A stretch of 64,000 nt of DNA from an uncultured Acidobacteriota bacterium (GTDB lineage: Bacteria > Acidobacteriota > Thermoanaerobaculia > Multivoradales > UBA5704). The notes beneath the pieces are model-generated. The model was not told the DNA's origin and ran no database searches. It worked only from the letters and a program-made list of their open reading frames with translations. Location of the stretch: NCBI GenBank assembly GCA_963700145.1, contig OY969474.1, positions 1,088,001-1,152,000 on the forward strand. The letters are read 5' to 3'. A program made the position numbers and the translations under genes. Below, one piece after another: positions 63,633 through 64,000 of the stretch (positions within the stretch are counted from its first letter, which is position 1; every line of letters starts with the position of its first letter).

Positions 63633-64000
63633 GTGAATCACCGTTTGCGCTGGCTGTTCTTCTGGCTCGTCGTCCGCCCGGTCATCCTCGTCGTCCTCGG
63701 GCTCAACGTGCGGCACCGCGAGCGCCTGCCAAACGACGGCCCGGCGATCCTCGTCGCCAACCACAACAGCCACCTCGACACGATGGTGCTGATGACGCTG
63801 CTGCCGACGCGGCTCCTGCCCAAGGTCCGGCCGGTGGCGGCGGCGGACTACTTCCTGAAGGGGCCGCTCCTCTCCTGGTTCGCCCTGCACATCATCGGCA
63901 TCCTGCCGGTGGCGCGCGGCGGCGGCGCCAAGGGCAAGCCCGCTCCTGGCGAGCCGGCGCCCGATCCGCTCGCCTCCGCCTCCGCCGCCCTGGCGCGCGG
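63633..64000 (+). CDS. 1-acyl-sn-glycerol-3-phosphate acyltransferase (truncated by the window end)
   Basis: GTG start; [11 protein letters not shown] (NHx4D) and AAADYF motifs; not in the supplied ORF track because it has no stop inside the window. Confidence 0.88.
   Translation, partial: MNHRLRWLFFWLVVRPVILVVLGLNVRHRERLPNDGPAILVANHNSHLDTMVLMTLLPTRLLPKVRPVAAADYFLKGPLLSWFALHIIGILPVARGGGAKGKPAPGEPAPDPLASASAALAR

Overview
Very GC-rich bacterial chromosomal window, probably Acidobacteriota of the Thermoanaerobaculia type (inferred from the tandem C-terminal repeat domains of the 31379-33928 protease and a TIGR03435-like domain). Bases 1-6.5 kb hold a decaying CRISPR locus: the end of one array with its leader, a cas1'-'cas2 deletion fusion with a premature stop, a 21/42-bp periodic tract, an intact HEPN-MNT pair, and a second array of about 34 repeats that has no recognisable leader and is split by an IS3-family element. 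Its long spacers read as sense-strand coding fragments, so the crRNAs would be antisense, as in type III systems. The rest is mostly core and accessory genes: cmk, rluB, scpAB, trpS, recG, rnpB, tRNA-Leu(UAA), chrA/chrB, a TatT-type TRAP system, many peptidases, GT-C glycosyltransferases, vapBC, pruA and a phospholipid operon. The best candidates for undescribed biology are the CRISPR relic with its HEPN-MNT pair, a radical-SAM/SPASM-like protein lacking the CxxxCxxC motif, a 1213-aa modular metallopeptidase on an islet flanked by duplicated gene fragments, a non-coding 20-bp tandem array, a REP element translated inside ChrA, local synonymous G/T recoding around a REP cluster, and widespread leaderless promoters. 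All calls come from reading the sequence by eye; no database searches were run.
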